Origin: Octopus sinensis
Taxonomy: Eukaryota
Assembly: GCF_006345805.1 (NCBI RefSeq)
Contig: NC_043011.1
Location: 22,642,464 to 22,706,463 of the forward strand
Reading direction: 5' to 3'
Length of the DNA: 64,000 nt
In this document: positions 13,621 to 28,502 of the stretch, piece by piece
Layout: every line of letters begins with the position of its first letter
Position numbering within the stretch: position 1 is the first letter of the stretch
The notes under the pieces: generated by a model
Databases searched by the model: none
Told to the model about the DNA's origin: nothing
The model's input: only the letters and a program-made list of their open reading frames with translations
Program-made: the position numbers and the translations under genes

Positions 13621-13994
13621 CCTTCTCAGTTGTTGTTGTTATTTCTCTTCAGATCAACTCTTATTGAGTGAACCTATGGTCAAAGGTAGTCCAGCAGTGA
13701 CCACCCTATCCTTTTCTTATGCAGGAAACCCAGGACCACAATCCAATGTGCCTTTTTCTGAGATAGAAAGGTGTGATTTAAGGGATGCTTGGGGCCTATT
13801 TCTAGCAGCCCTAGTGACCATGTAGATACTCCCTTATCTGTGTTGTTAGGTGGTTGATGTGTGTGTGTGGAATTCTGACACAGAGTCAGTTCCAGATGTA
13901 AGTCTGGGTGTGAGGGAGGGCAGTGAAGTCAGGACTGAGTAGCAGTAGTAGTAGTAGTAGTAATAGTAGTAGTTGTGTACAAATGATGTAGTGA

Positions 13995-14071
<77 letters not shown>

Positions 14072-15012
14072 ATGGAGCATGTAAGGTTGTTGGTAAGTTC
14101 TGATTTTTCTTTTTATGCATTTGTTTCATATGTGCATGTCTTCACTCACTTGACTGTGGCCATGCTGGGGCACTGCGTTCGTGTATAATGAAAGATATTC
14201 CAAATCATTACCCTCCACTCCCCCCCCCTTCTTTCTATTAAGATACAATATACACAGCATAAACTAATGCAGTGAGAGGTAATTTCAGTGTGAGATTTGG
14301 TTGCTATTTCTAGTGATGCTGCCAAGTAAGCACATAGAACAAGGTGGGGGCCCTCATTGAGTTCGTTTAGCAAGATAAGGTAAAGTTTGGAACAGACATG
14401 GGGGGGCAACCTTTTCCAAGAAGTGATTGCATTTGACATGGCTCATCATTCAGGCCCACTACACTACCTACAAAATTGAAGGTTAATTTTTCATTGTGTG
14501 TGCCATTCAGGATGCCCTATCGGCCACAGGTTATCCATAACTGGTCTAAAAGTGTCAAGTAAACATGTTGATAGTAGTAGTAGTAGTAGTAGTGGCGGTG
14601 ATGGAGGTGGTGTAGGTAGTGGTGGCTATTGTAGAGGAGGTTGTTGTTGTTGTTGTGGTGGTGGTGGTGGTTGGGGCGGTAGTTGCAGCAGCAGCAGCAG
14701 TTGTTATTAAGCCCAATGTTAGCTCTGATTCAAAGCTGTCGTACGAGATCTAAGCCAATCCTGATGCGGCCATCCTGTCTTTTTCCAATTGCAGGGAACC
14801 CTTCCTCAGTATTATCCAGCATCCCTTTTCTAATAATAATTAGGGATGGAGGTGTGTGTGTGTGAGAGAGAGTTGAGGGAGATTTAGCTGTTATTTCTAG
14901 CAGATCAAATGACTACATTGAGGTCCCTTTAGTTGCCTCATATCGATGGCAAGTAGTAGCAGGCACAGGAAGAGATGCAGGGGTAAGAAGAGGAGATAAA
15001 GATTTTACTCAC

Positions 15013-15121
15013 CTGATTTGCCGACACCTGGAGACCCCAGCACAATTAAGTTAACTTCCTTACTGCTGTGGCTGTGCGGTTGCAGTATCTCCTCCATGGT
15101 GGTAACGCTTTTTTTCTGCAT
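15013..15121 (-). CDS. First coding exon of a Ras-family small GTPase, RERG/RASL11/RASL12-like
   Basis: MQKKSVTTMEEILQPHSHSSKEVNLIVLGSPGVGKS followed by phase-1 GTGAGT donor at 15012. P-loop GxxGVGKS; second ATG (15097) in ACCACCATGG Kozak context. Downstream exons not found in window. Confidence 0.8.
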
Positions 15122-17633
15122 CCCATGAGATGACCACAGCAGTCGTGAAGAACCGATAGGTGGCGCTGGTGGCAGTGATGAAGCCAGTTGGAAATATTTG
15201 TTGATAACGGTGATTTTATTATTTTTTTTTATAGCTTCTTAATTTATTTCTTCTTACTTTTTTTTTCCTTTTGTTATTGTTAATTTTGTTTCAGTAGTTG
15301 CTAATATTTTATGATTAAGATTAACAGCAAAGTCAGAGTAACAGTGATGGACAAAAGGCCCTGCGGTACCTAGTTAATTTACAGTCCTCTCTCCGTTCTC
15401 AGTTCAAATCCAGCCGAGTTTAACTTTACCTTATCGAAGTTTTGAGGTTGATGTAACTGTCTATGCCTTTCCTCCCAAATTTGAGGCCTTATAATATTTA
15501 ATAGCGTGCCTTTATGTTTTTGTGTTTAAATCCCGTTGTGATCGACTTTGTCTTTCCTTCCTCCGAAGTTTGTTGTACACCAAATTCTTAAATTTCAAGC
15601 CTTTTGCTCTGTCAAGCGTGCTGCATTGTTCTTCCAGGGTTGGACAAAATCACCGTACAGTCGTAGTTTACCCCTTTACACGTTCAACGTTCAAAATCCC
15701 ACCGTTTTTTTTTTTTCGTTTTAGCTTTCCATTTTTGTATGAGAATGATAAGGTTACCAGTCAAATACCGTTTCCCTAAAATTTTCGGTTTACTTGTCTT
15801 GGAAATAAATATTTAAAACATTGATTATCGATTCTGTTATTTCGTGGTGATAAGGGTGATGGTTTGGTAGAATCGGGTGAATGCTGGTTCAAATGTTCTT
15901 TTGGGGTATATAGTTACGTTCCTGTTTATGTTCTTTGTTCATCAATTTAATCGTCCAGAGAGGAACGGGTTTATTGATAAAATAAATACTAATCAAATAT
16001 TTTAACTTAAGAGAAGTGGGAATTCAGATCATCGATGTAATTATCGATTATCGATTATATTCCTGCCAGAGAAAGGAAGAACATCTCTGATATTTTTTTA
16101 ATTAATCAACGTTGTTGCTACTGACGTTCTTGCTTAAAAGTGATGGAATGAGTATAGCATCGAAAAAAAAATACTTTATGCTACTTTTGCTGTCTCTAAG
16201 TTCAAATGATGCTGATTTCTTGTTGGTAGATGTGGTGACGGCCTGTTTCTTTTTAGACTCAGGTCATCCCAAACTGAGAAAATTTACAGAAAATGTGGCT
16301 GCTATTTCTAGCAGATCGGGCGAACAACTACGTAGCAGCTCCCTAGTTGATTCGATGTAGTACTTGTTGTTGTTCTTACTGATATTGTAGCTGTAACTGT
16401 TGTGGTTAGCTCTTAGTAGTCCTGTTATACGCAATCGACCGAAACACTTGGCACGATTCACGGTGTTGTTGTTATTGTTATCATTTAAATATTTGATAAT
16501 AATGATGGTAACGACGATTTCTACTGCTGTTGTTAATCGTAACTGTAAACTCCAACCTTGTTATCACATATGACTTTTAGTAGTTTGTTTTTGTCTTTTT
16601 GAATGATGCGAAAAGTGTTGGCGATGACTGTGAGTGTGGATGAGTTTTTCTTCTTTTTTTTTTTTTGTTTTTTACCAGGTCAAAAGTTGTTTAAAACTTT
16701 GAAGAGACATCTTGAGTATTTGTAGTGTTACTAGTGGTGATAATTGTCATGGGATAGCAGTTTTGGAGTAAGTATAATTATAAGTAAACAGGGAAGAGAG
16801 ACAGAGAAAGAGAGAGATAGACAGACAGACAGACAGATGATAGATAGATAGATAGATAGATAGATGAAGAGGTACGTGAATGATAGATACGTAAATTTTC
16901 TTTTCTTTCTTTTTTAAAAAAAAACCCAGTAAAAGTGTATATTGAATGAATGAGCGAAAGCAAATAAGTCTGTGAAAGTATCTGGCTAATATAGTTTACA
17001 GAAGCACAGGCGGAGATGGTAGTGGTGTTGAAAGTGGCGGTGGTGGAAGCAGTGATGATGGTCGGTTTATTAGTCGATGGTGGTGGTGGTGGTGGTGGTG
17101 GAAGAGGGTTGTGTGACGTTGGAGATAGTCACTGTGAAGATAGGAATTAAAAGTGGAAGTGAGATAACAGAGTGGCTGAAGAGTTAATAGGTGCTGGATG
17201 TAGTGGCGGTTTTTGGGTGTTGTTGTTGTTGGTGGTGGTGGGGGCATATATGTGTGCGTGTGTGTGCACATACTTGTTGAATATGGTTAGCATAGCTGGA
17301 CAAGATGCTGGTACAAGAGTTCCGAAGATAAGATGTACGTACGTTTTCTATGCCCTTGACACTCGCCTATCCCAACAAAACATCAGCAGATTCTAAATAC
17401 TGCCAACAGTGTGTTTAAAGAAAGAAAACAAATTGCCCGCACGCACGCACATGAAAGCAGTTACATGTATGTTGTGTGTGTGTTGTAGAAGCTAAGTAAA
17501 ATATATATTTATAGACAATCATGTGTATGTTTACTTATGAGAAACTAATAATAAAATTTTATACATATTATACGTACAGCTTTCAATTTCTTTCTCGCTA
17601 TGCTTACACACATACACACACATGTATGTATTC

Positions 17634-17696
<63 letters not shown>

Positions 17697-18540
17697 AAAT
17701 AAGAAAATGGAGAAATACATCCAGATCAAATATCAATTACCAGATAATACCCAATCACATACTTTATTAAACCACCACATAAGAAACTTTAAGGTCGCAT
17801 TTACAACCCCTATCTCAATTTGTATATATATATATATATATATATATATGACAAAGTGGAGTTGTAAGGTACCGCACGAGTAGAATTATATGTGTGTGTG
17901 TGTGTGCTTGTGTTTATATATATATATATGTATATGTTTACACACACACACACACACATTCTTAATTGTTCCAGCCACTGGACTGCGGCAATGCTGGGGC
18001 ACAGTATTGAAAGGTTTAGTCGGACAAATTGATATCAGTACTTATTTTTTTTCATTCTGGTACCTATTCTATCGGTCAGCTTTGCTGAACCGCTAAGTTA
18101 CAGGATGTAAACAAATCAACCGGCTATCCAGCAGTGAAAGGGTAAACACACACATACATACATAAGAGCAAGTATAGTGAAGAAGTGGCGACCGGAAATC
18201 CAACATTTCGAGCAGAGAGTACTTATTCGGGGGAAAAGTTGATAAGAGTGAAATTAGCGAGAGTTTCTCTATAATTTTTCCCTTTAACTTTTCCCTGAGG
18301 AAGTCGTTCGGAAACGTTGGGTTTTCCACTCTCTATGACACAAGTTTACTATACACTTTATCCCCGCCTCAAGAGAATGCGTCATAATTACCAAACGGCA
18401 ATTGAAATCAGTTCTATACGAAAAATTTAAGATTATTTCAAGGATCCCTCAGAGTTGACATACCACTAGGCAAAAGGACCAGTTTATTGTTTGTAGATAA
18501 GAAAATAGTCGTGGACAAGTGTTTCCGCCTCAACGCGTAT

Positions 18541-18733
18541 ACTCTTACTCTTTACTCTTTTACTTGTTTCAGTCATTTGACTGCGGCCATGCTGGAGCAC
18601 CGCCTTTAGTCGAGTAACTCGACCCCGGGACTTATTCTATCGGTCTATTTTTGCCGAACCGCTAGGTGACGGGGACGTAAACATACCAGCATCGGTTGTC
18701 AAGCAATGCTAGGGGAACAACACAGACACACAA

Positions 18734-18804
<71 letters not shown>

Positions 18805-18973
18805 TATATACGACATGCTTCTTTCAGTTTCCGTCTACCAAATCCACTCACAAGGCATTGGTCGGCCCGGGGCTATAGCAGAAGACACTTGCCCAAGATG
18901 CCACGCAGTGGGACTGAACCCAGAACCATGTGGTTGGTTAGCAAGCTACTTACCACACAGCCACTCCTGCGCC
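18541..18973 (-). mobile_element. SINE family A, full length
   Basis: GGCGCAGGAGTGGCTGTGTGG head with A/B boxes, internal (TA)n(TG)n, (GTAAAAGA)n tail. Confidence 0.88.
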
Positions 18974-19380
18974 TATTTACATTTGGTTAACAGCCGTGCT
19001 TTCCTACAGACTTCTAAATTATTTATATGTATAGGTATAGGCGCCGGCATGGCTATGTGGTTAAGAAGCTCGCTTTGTAAGCATATCGTTTCGGGTTCAA
19101 TGCGGTATCTTGGGCAAATGTCTTTTACTGTAACCCCGGACCAACTAATGCCTTGTGAATGAATCTGGTAGACGGAAGCAATGTGGAAGCCTGTCATGCA
19201 AACAGGCGCGCGCGCACACACACACACTGGCATCCGATGTTGGTTTGTTCATGTGCACGAATCTTATCGGTTCGGTGAAAGAGACGGTGCCAAACAATGG
19301 TGGCAGTCTGATACACGTAAAAGATACAAGATATACTTATTTATTTAATAGATCTATCTATTTATCTATCTATCTGTATG

Positions 19381-19455
<75 letters not shown>

Positions 19456-19692
19456 ATATCAACAATTGAGGGTAAAATTAATTAATTAATCAATTTCACC
19501 AAGTGTTCTATGTACTTGTGATATTTTTCTGTATTTACCCCCAAACCTTCGTGAGCTGTCTGGAGTAAACATTATCTGAGAGAAATTTTCTTTAAGTAGT
19601 AGAAATGCTAAGAAAATTTTTTTTGGCTGCTATTTCTACTAAGTTCAGTATGTGGCAAAGTAATTTATTTTACTAAGCCTAATTATATAATG

Positions 19693-19753
<61 letters not shown>

Positions 19754-19780
19754 TATATATATTATATACCCATTTATATA

Positions 19781-20157
19781 CTCTTTTACTTGTTTCAGTC
19801 ATTTGACTGCGGCCATGCTGGAGCACCGCCTTTAGTCGAGCAAATTGACACCAGCACTTATTCTTTGTAAGCTAGTACTTATTATATCGGTATCTTTTGC
19901 CGAACCGCTAAGTTACGGGGACGTAAACACACCAGCATCGGTTATCAAGCGATGTTGGGGGACAAACACAGACGCACAAACATACACACACACACACACA
20001 CACACGCATATATATATATATACGACGGGCTTCTTTCAGTTTCCGTCTATCAAATCCACTCACAAGGCTTTGGTCGGCCCGAGGCTATAGTAGAAGACAC
20101 TTGCCCAAGGTACCACGCAGTGGGACTGAACCCAGAACCGTGTGGTTGATAAGCCAC
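19781..20157 (-). mobile_element. SINE family A
   Basis: Same consensus. Confidence 0.85.
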
Positions 20158-20384
20158 TCTGAGTCATAATATGAATATATCGATGAAAATATATATTAGA
20201 AGATACCATACAAAGTAGATTCTGGGTTTATTGAAATTATCTTCATTTCCAGGGAGGGTGACATTTGGGACCAACCCCGGAACAAGAAGTGATAACCTCA
20301 AGAATTCTCAAAATTCTTTGCCTTAAGGAAAAAGACTGTTCTCTTGTCTAGAGGATGAGTGTATATGTATGTGTATGTACACGC

Positions 20385-21172
20385 GCGTGGCGTTGCTGTG
20401 TGGTAAGAAGCTTGCTTCCCAACCACACAGTTTCAGGTTCTGTCCCACTGCGTGACACCTTGAGCTGGCATCTTCTCCTATAGCCTCGGGTCGACCTTGT
20501 AAGTGAATTTGGTAGATGGAAACTGAAAGAAGTCTGTCGTATATATGTATATATACGTCTGTGTGTGTGTGTGTTTGTCCCACATCACAGCTTGGTAACC
20601 GGTGTTGGTGTATTTACGTCCTCGTAACTTAGCGGTTCGGCAAAATGAGGCCGATAGAATAAGTACTAGGTTTTAGAAGTAAGTCCTGGGGTGGATTTCT
20701 TTGACTAAAATCCCTTCAAGGTGGTGCTCCAGCATGGCCGCAGTAAGATAACGAGTAAAAGAACAGAAAAAAACATATACATACATGCACACACACACAC
20801 ACGTGGTAAGTAGCTTGCTTACCAACCACATGGTTCCGTGTTCATTCCCACTGCGGGGCACCTTGGGCAAGTGTCTTCTACTATAGCCTCGGGTCGACCA
20901 AAGCTTTGTGAGTGGATTTGGTAGACGGAAACTGAAAGAAGCCCGTCGTATATATATATATTTGTATGTATGTGTGTGTCTGTGTTTGTCCCCCCAACAT
21001 CGTTTGACAACCGATGCTGGTGTGTTTACGTCCCCGTAACTTGGCGGTTCGGCAAAATATACCGATAGAATAAGTATTAGGCTTACAAAGAATAAGTCCT
21101 GGGCTCCATTTGCTCGACTAAAGCCAGTGCTTCAGCATGGCCGCAGTCAAATGACTGAAACAAGTAAAAGAG
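20385..21172 (+). mobile_element. Two adjacent SINE family A copies
   Basis: Copies at ~20385-20770 and ~20803-21172. Confidence 0.8.
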
Positions 21173-22429
21173 ATTCTCTAGAATACCCTGGCGGACTTTC
21201 GAAATAACACACCCACTTGATTTGGATTTTCTCCGTTTGCACGGGGATTTTTCATTTTTTCATTTTTTATTTTCACCACATCCTTGCAAATGAGATGTGG
21301 GGACTTTTTATGAAAAAAATTTTTGAAAATATATGAATTTTAAAAAATTCTTCTCCCCCACTCAGTACCGATTTTAGCCAATGTTATTATCATTTTCTTT
21401 TTTTTTTGTACTGCAACACTTAAAATGATGGGAGAAACCCGGAAGGTCAAAAAATTAAAAAGAATATTGGAAATTACAATGGCCACTTCCTTTAGTTTCA
21501 AACGGAAAATGAAGCTTAATTTAAAAACAATAGCGAATTGTTCTCATTAACCCTGCCCCCTCCCTCATAAGGGAGGAAGCTTTTTATGGACTTTTGGAAT
21601 AGTACACACACGTTGGGTTTTCTCCGTTTCGACGGGTTTTTTTTCAGTTTTTTTTTCTTACACAACACTTTTTCAAATTATGGGAAAGCTTTTTAGGGAA
21701 AATTTTGAAAATATATGAACTTTTCAAACCCCTTTGCCCCACTCAACACCGATTTTGGCCCCCTTTTTTTTTCTTTTGCATTACGTACTTAAAACGATGG
21801 AGAAGCCTTGAAGGTTCAAAAAGACCTTTTTGGAAATTACAATCCCCACTTCCTTTACTTTCAAACAGAAAATGAAGCGTAATTTAAAAACAATAGTGAA
21901 AATTTGTAAATGTTTTCATTAAACCCTCTCTCCATAAATCCTAAAATTTCAGCTTAAAATTTTTTTAATGAAATGTATACAGGAAAGGGCGGTTGAAGAA
22001 CTACAGCAAAATCATATGGGAAAAAGATAGAGTCATTCTCCACAGATTGGTAATAGCCATGTGTAAAATGTTTAGTTTGTGCGTGTATCGTTCTTTAATT
22101 CAAAAAGGGGCATCACCCAACTCGTCGCCGAGACGAATTTACGCTGGTAAGGACAGTATCCGAAAGTTTCACTTCTCGAGTTTAGGAAAGCGCCCGGATC
22201 GTGTCACACATATATAATATCTATTTATGTACGTGTGTATGTTGTTGGTTTGGTTGTTGAAACATTGGAATTATTTGTTTTGATTCATATCAAGCTACTC
22301 CAAGTTTACTTTTATTTGTATGTGTGTTTGTGTGTTTTTGTGTAAGCAAACATCTGCTAAGAGAAATAACTCAAAGTAGCCAATGAAATATTTTTGAATA
22401 ACATGCACGTCAAATACTATGCAGTATAA

Positions 22430-22910
22430 GATCTTGATTTATTAAAATTGTCTCCGCCTCTAGAGGATGTGTCACAGTTATCAAACGGCAATTAAGAACA
22501 ACTCCATTTGAGAAGGTGAGATAATCTCAAGAATCAAGAAGTCTCCAAAATTGACATGCCATCAAAGAAACGGACAGCCTTATTGTCTGGAGATAGAACA
22601 ACAGTTATGGGTATGTGTTTCGGGCTCAATAGCTGTCATCATCACAACAGTTATCCGACCTTATCTCTAGAAGCCGAAGGACGCAAACTTCTTATACAAT
22701 GACGGCTACTGGACCAAACCATGTGCCCATCCGTATACTCTTATCTTCAAACAATAATCATGTCCGTTTCTTCAAATGCATGTCAGTTTTAGAGAACTGT
22801 TGGATTCTTGTGATTATCTTCCCTTAACAAGTAGAGCTGGTCTCGGTTGCTATTTGGTAGTTATGATACATCTTCTAGAGGCGGAGATAATTTTAATAAA
22901 TCAGGAATTT
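22430..22910. mobile_element. Fold-back MITE (arm copies also ~18360-18535, ~20215-20355, ~51840-52100)
   Basis: TTTATTAAAATTGTCTCCGCCTCTAGA / TCTAGAGGCGGAGATAATTTTAATAAA. Confidence 0.65.
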
Positions 22911-22945
22911 ATGTTGCACGGTACTTGGCATACTCGTGTATATAT

Positions 22946-23325
22946 ATCTCTCTCTATATAAACGGCAGTTTGTCTGTGCGTGTTTCTGTGTGTCTGTTTG
23001 CTTGTACCCTCACCCTGACCACGGCTTTCAACCGATTCTGATGAAACTTGACACACACATAGCCCAATGTCATAATTCAAAACTAACGTAGCGAAAATTT
23101 TGAAAAGTTCCCCCAGTTCTGAAAAAAATCGATAAATTCGACATGGGGTCGAGAATCAGAAACACAAACCGCAAACTCTAGGGGACGCAACTCCACCTTT
23201 TTTCACTCTCAAAAAAATTTACCATAATTTTTTTCCATTTTTTTGCTATTTTTGGCTATAACTCTCTAAAAATGCTTTATAGTTATTTCCCTTACAAACC
23301 TGAGCAACCCGGCGATACTGCTAGT
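22946..23325 (+). mobile_element. Non-autonomous Helitron-like element
   Basis: TC...(GTCT) 5' region, subterminal GC-rich segment and CTAG-T 3' end; related copy on opposite strand at 28613-29125. Confidence 0.65.
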
Positions 23326-23391
23326 ATATATATATATATGTGTGTGTGTGTGATGTGCATATATATGCATGTAGGCATATATATAAGTATG

Positions 23392-23437
<46 letters not shown>

Positions 23438-23468
23438 ATATATATGGATGTATGTATATGTATAGATA

Positions 23469-23516
<48 letters not shown>

Positions 23517-23560
23517 GTATGTATGTATATGTATAGATATATAATGGTGTATATTATATA

Positions 23561-23602
<42 letters not shown>

Positions 23603-23612
23603 AATATATTAT

Positions 23613-23688
<76 letters not shown>

Positions 23689-23724
23689 ATATATATTATA
23701 TATATATATTATATATATATATAT

Positions 23725-23780
<56 letters not shown>

Positions 23781-23800
23781 TATAATATATATATATATAT
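23326..23800. repeat. Long imperfect (TA)n tract
   Basis: Direct reading. Confidence 0.95.
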
Positions 23801-23921
23801 ATCAACAATCAAGAACGGCCATGATAGGCCATTCACCCACTAGAAATACAGCCAAAGCTTCAACAACCGCAAATAATTAATTCCGTAAACAGGAGAAAAT
23901 TTAAAAAACATTTACCCTGTA

Positions 23922-24028
23922 ATTTCTTGTACGATGCACCGTTTCATCTGCTGTTTAATGGTAAACTAACCTGATTAAATTAAATCAAGCCAATCTTCCA
24001 TAGGCCCTCAGATTCTTCAGCAAGAAAT
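23922..24028 (-). ncRNA. Type I hammerhead ribozyme, monomer 1
   Basis: AUUUCUUG-CUGAAGA-AUCUG...CAGAU-GAAA-CGGUGCAUC-GUA/CAAGAAAU; 8-bp stem I, 5-bp basal stem II, near-palindromic stem III. Confidence 0.85.
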
Positions 24029-24407
24029 AGCCAAGTCGGAACAGATATTTTCACGAGGCATTTCCGACCCTGCCAAGTAATATCTGACCTAAAATTTTCA
24101 AATCGTCGCACTCGCGCCAAATTTATCGGCAGCAAATAAATATAAGCCGTCGATTCCATTACGGAATTAACCAGAAAATTCATAATTAATCATATAGGGT
24201 GGCAAAAAAATTTTGTAGAATTCTTTTTGCCACCAGCGGCCTAGTGGAAAAAATTAAATAGTCATAGACCATTTTTAAGTTCAACATCAACAATCAAGGA
24301 ACGGCCATGATAGGCCATTCACCCACTAGAATAACAGCCAAAGCTTCCACCGCAAATAAAGATTAATTCCGTAAACAGGAGAAAATTTAAAAAACATTTA
24401 CCCTGTA

Positions 24408-24515
24408 ATTTCTTGTACGATGCAACCGTTTCATCTGCTGTTTAATGGTAAACTAACCTGATTAAATTAAATCAAGCCAATCTTCCATAGGCCCTCAGAT
24501 TCTTCAGCAAGAAAT
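24408..24515 (-). ncRNA. Type I hammerhead ribozyme, monomer 2
   Basis: Same core and stems; 1-nt insertion in stem III loop. Confidence 0.83.
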
Positions 24516-24890
24516 AGCCAAGTCGGAACAGATATTTTCACGAGGCATTTCCGACCCTGCCAAGGTAATATCGACCTAAAATTTTCAAATCGTCGCACTC
24601 GCGCCAAATTTATCGCAGCAAATATATAAGCCGTCGATTCCATTACGGAATTAACCAGAAAATTCATAATTAATCAATATAGGGTGGCAAAAAAATTTTG
24701 TAGAATTCTTTTTGCCACCAGCGGCCTAGTGGGAAAAAATAAATAGTCATAGACCATTTTTAAGTTCAACATCAACATCAAGGAACGGCCATGATAGGCC
24801 ATTCACCACTAGAAATAACACCAAAGCTTCAACCGCAAATAAAGATTAATTCCGTAAACAGGAGAAAATTTAAAAAACATTTACCCTGTA

Positions 24891-24997
24891 ATTTCTTGTA
24901 CGATGCACCGTTTCATCTGCTGTTTAATGGTAAACTAACCTGATTAAATTAAATCAAGCCAATCTTCCATAGGCCCTCAGATTCTTCAGCAAGAAAT
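24891..24997 (-). ncRNA. Type I hammerhead ribozyme, monomer 3
   Basis: Same core and stems as monomer 1. Confidence 0.85.
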
Positions 24998-25090
24998 AGC
25001 CAAGTCGGAACAGATATTTTCACGAGGCATTTCCGACCCTGCCAAGGTAATATCTGACCTAATTTTCTCCTGTTTACGGAATTAATCTTT

Positions 25091-25295
25091 GGTGGTGGTG
25101 GTGGTGGTGGTGATGGTGGTGGTGGTGGTGGTGGTGGTGGCGGTGGTGGTGGTGATGGTGGTGGTGGTGGTGGTGGTGGTGGTGGTGGTGGTGGTGGTGG
25201 TGGTGGTGGCGGTGGTGGTGGTGGTGGTGGTGGTGGTGGTGGTGATGGTGGTGGTGGTGGTGATGGTGGTGGTGGTGGCGATGGTGGTGGTGATA
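25091..25295. repeat. (GGT)n microsatellite
   Basis: Direct reading. Confidence 0.95.
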
Positions 25296-25678
25296 GTAAT
25301 GATGTTGTCGTTGCTGCTGCTGTTATCTCTTGTCTGTTATCTATGTAGAAATGAAGCGAAGTGGAATTCATTCCCTATCTCTCTATCCTTTTAGAATGTG
25401 ACCTATTTATTTCCACAGCTGACTCCAACTGATAGTTCTCCCTGTGTATTTATTTTTAAAAGTCAAATGAGTAACAATCGTACTTGGTGTGGGGAGAGGA
25501 AAAAAACTTCCAGTTAATTAATAAAATTTACGCCGTAGGTAAGAAGAAAACATTTCGATTGCTAACATTATTTTAATTTGGTTTCGACATGTATAACCGA
25601 TAACTGCGGACATATTTCCGTCTTAGTAGACCTCCTCAGCGAAACATAGCGAAGCTTTCTTTGTTGTTTAGTCTAGAC

Positions 25679-25878
25679 CAGTGCTTTTCAAACTTTTTGC
25701 TGGAGCGGAACCCCAAGGAAACATTCCACTGGCTCGAGGAACCCCTGTGCAATAATTTAATAGTCTTTGCACACATATCTGCACAGGAGAATTAAAAATT
25801 ACTGCCGATTTTAGCAGTTTTGTAACTTCTTGCGGGACCCCTGGACTGTACTGGCGGAACCCTGGTTGAAAACCACTG
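25679..25878. mobile_element. hAT (Charlie/Buster-type) MITE
   Basis: CAGTGCTTTTCAA / TTGAAAACCACTG TIRs; 8-bp TSD GTCTAGAC/GTCTAGAG. Confidence 0.85.
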
Positions 25879-26004
25879 GTCTAGAGGGACGTTCGTACAT
25901 ATAAGCCTTGTCACAGCCTGAAATTGGTCAAACGAGGGTGGGGTTATCCCAAACCGGGTACTTTACCCGAATGCTTGCAACACAGTGGACTCCGCTACAG
26001 GTTT

Positions 26005-27541
<1,537 letters not shown>

Positions 27542-27712
27542 GTATGTATGTATGTATGTAAGGCCTCCACGACGGTGAAATTACGATTTTAGGAGGGCGA
27601 TTGGGATCACGTGGATGATAAAGGTGCGATCCAGAAAGGAGTGGACAGCGTGCTGTGACCAGCGGTGTCAAATGGACGCCCGGCGGCCTTGTCGGTCAAG
27701 GTGATCAAGGTG

Positions 27713-27744
<32 letters not shown>

Positions 27745-27745
<1 letters not shown>

Positions 27746-27988
27746 CGTTGCTATTATGGCAAAAGTGTCGTAAGTCCAAAACGTTGCTTTTTCAGAAAAC
27801 GATAAAATAGTTTCAACATTCCATAGCAAAACCGTTGTACTTTGACAATTTTTGATATCTTGGCATCTGAAGCAGCAGGAGATACGATAGTTTAAGCAAA
27901 AGAACCGGCTATTGCAAGCAAAAATAAATATTGAAAACAGGCATTTGGCCAAATTTGAACATATGACAGTTTAACATAATAGCAACGA
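27745..27988. mobile_element. MITE with TA flanks
   Basis: TCGTTGCTATTATG / CATAATAGCAACGA TIRs. Confidence 0.7.
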
Positions 27989-28296
27989 TATATATTTCCC
28001 CAGCAACTTGTTGTAAGCTCTGTGAGATAATGCTGGTTCCAATTTATTCCGTGGTAGCAATTCTAAAGGCAGAAGGTTACAACTGCGTAGATAAATAAAG
28101 CGGTTGCTTTATTTACAATTGTTTGATCTTTCGGTAATAAGAGGAATCCAGCAACATTTGAGCATATCACTCAATTCAAAGAGAGCATTCAATTATATCT
28201 ACTGTAGTGCTCAACTGGAATTCCTTTTATCGATCTCTCCAAAGGTGAAAGGAATATCGACACCAGAGATACTTTATTTCTTTATTGCCCACATAT

Positions 28297-28502
28297 TCTT
28301 TATTGCTAAACACAGAGGGGACAAAGAAGGGCAGACAAAGGGATTAAGTCGATTACATCGACCCCAGTGCGTGACTGGTACTTATTTAATCGACCCCGAA
28401 AGGATGAAAGGCAAAGTCGACCTGGGCGGAATTTGAACTCAGAACGCAGCGGCGGACGAAATACTGCTAAGCATTTCACCCGGCGTGGAAACGATTCTGC
28501 CA
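28297..28502 (-). mobile_element. SINE family B
   Basis: Reverse complement of family B consensus. Confidence 0.8.

Larger units (their letters stand above)
23801..25090 (-). mobile_element. Retrozyme-like / Penelope-mobilised tandem array: ~485-bp monomer x2.6 with inverted 30-bp end
   Basis: Monomers start at 23801, 24286, 24771; each has a hammerhead; 25061-25090 is the exact reverse complement of 24841-24870; abuts (TA)n. Confidence 0.85.

Noticed and set aside
18291-18322. CTGAGGA...GAAACGTT hammerhead-like core
   Set aside because: Stem II cannot pair and stem I is only ~3 bp
18880-18973. tRNA-like A/B-box sequences
   Set aside because: SINE heads; no complete cloverleaf, so no tRNA gene called
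18706-19162. Recurrent peptides such as SFSFRLPNPLTRHWSARG / LLSVSVYQIHSQG
   Set aside because: Translations of non-coding SINE family A
23801-25062. CRISPR-like or satellite interpretation of tandem repeats
   Set aside because: No repeat-spacer structure, eukaryotic context; hammerheads and the inverted end argue against a simple satellite
24949-25394. Poly-Pro / poly-Val ORFs and the repeated 66-aa ORFs in the tandem array
   Set aside because: (GGT)n microsatellite; array ORFs differ by frameshifts and lack motifs, so the array is better explained as structured RNA
25600-25645. Minus-strand CTGAGGA-GGTC...GACG-GAAATATGTC hammerhead-like relic
   Set aside because: Stems I and III poorly paired; at best a decayed copy
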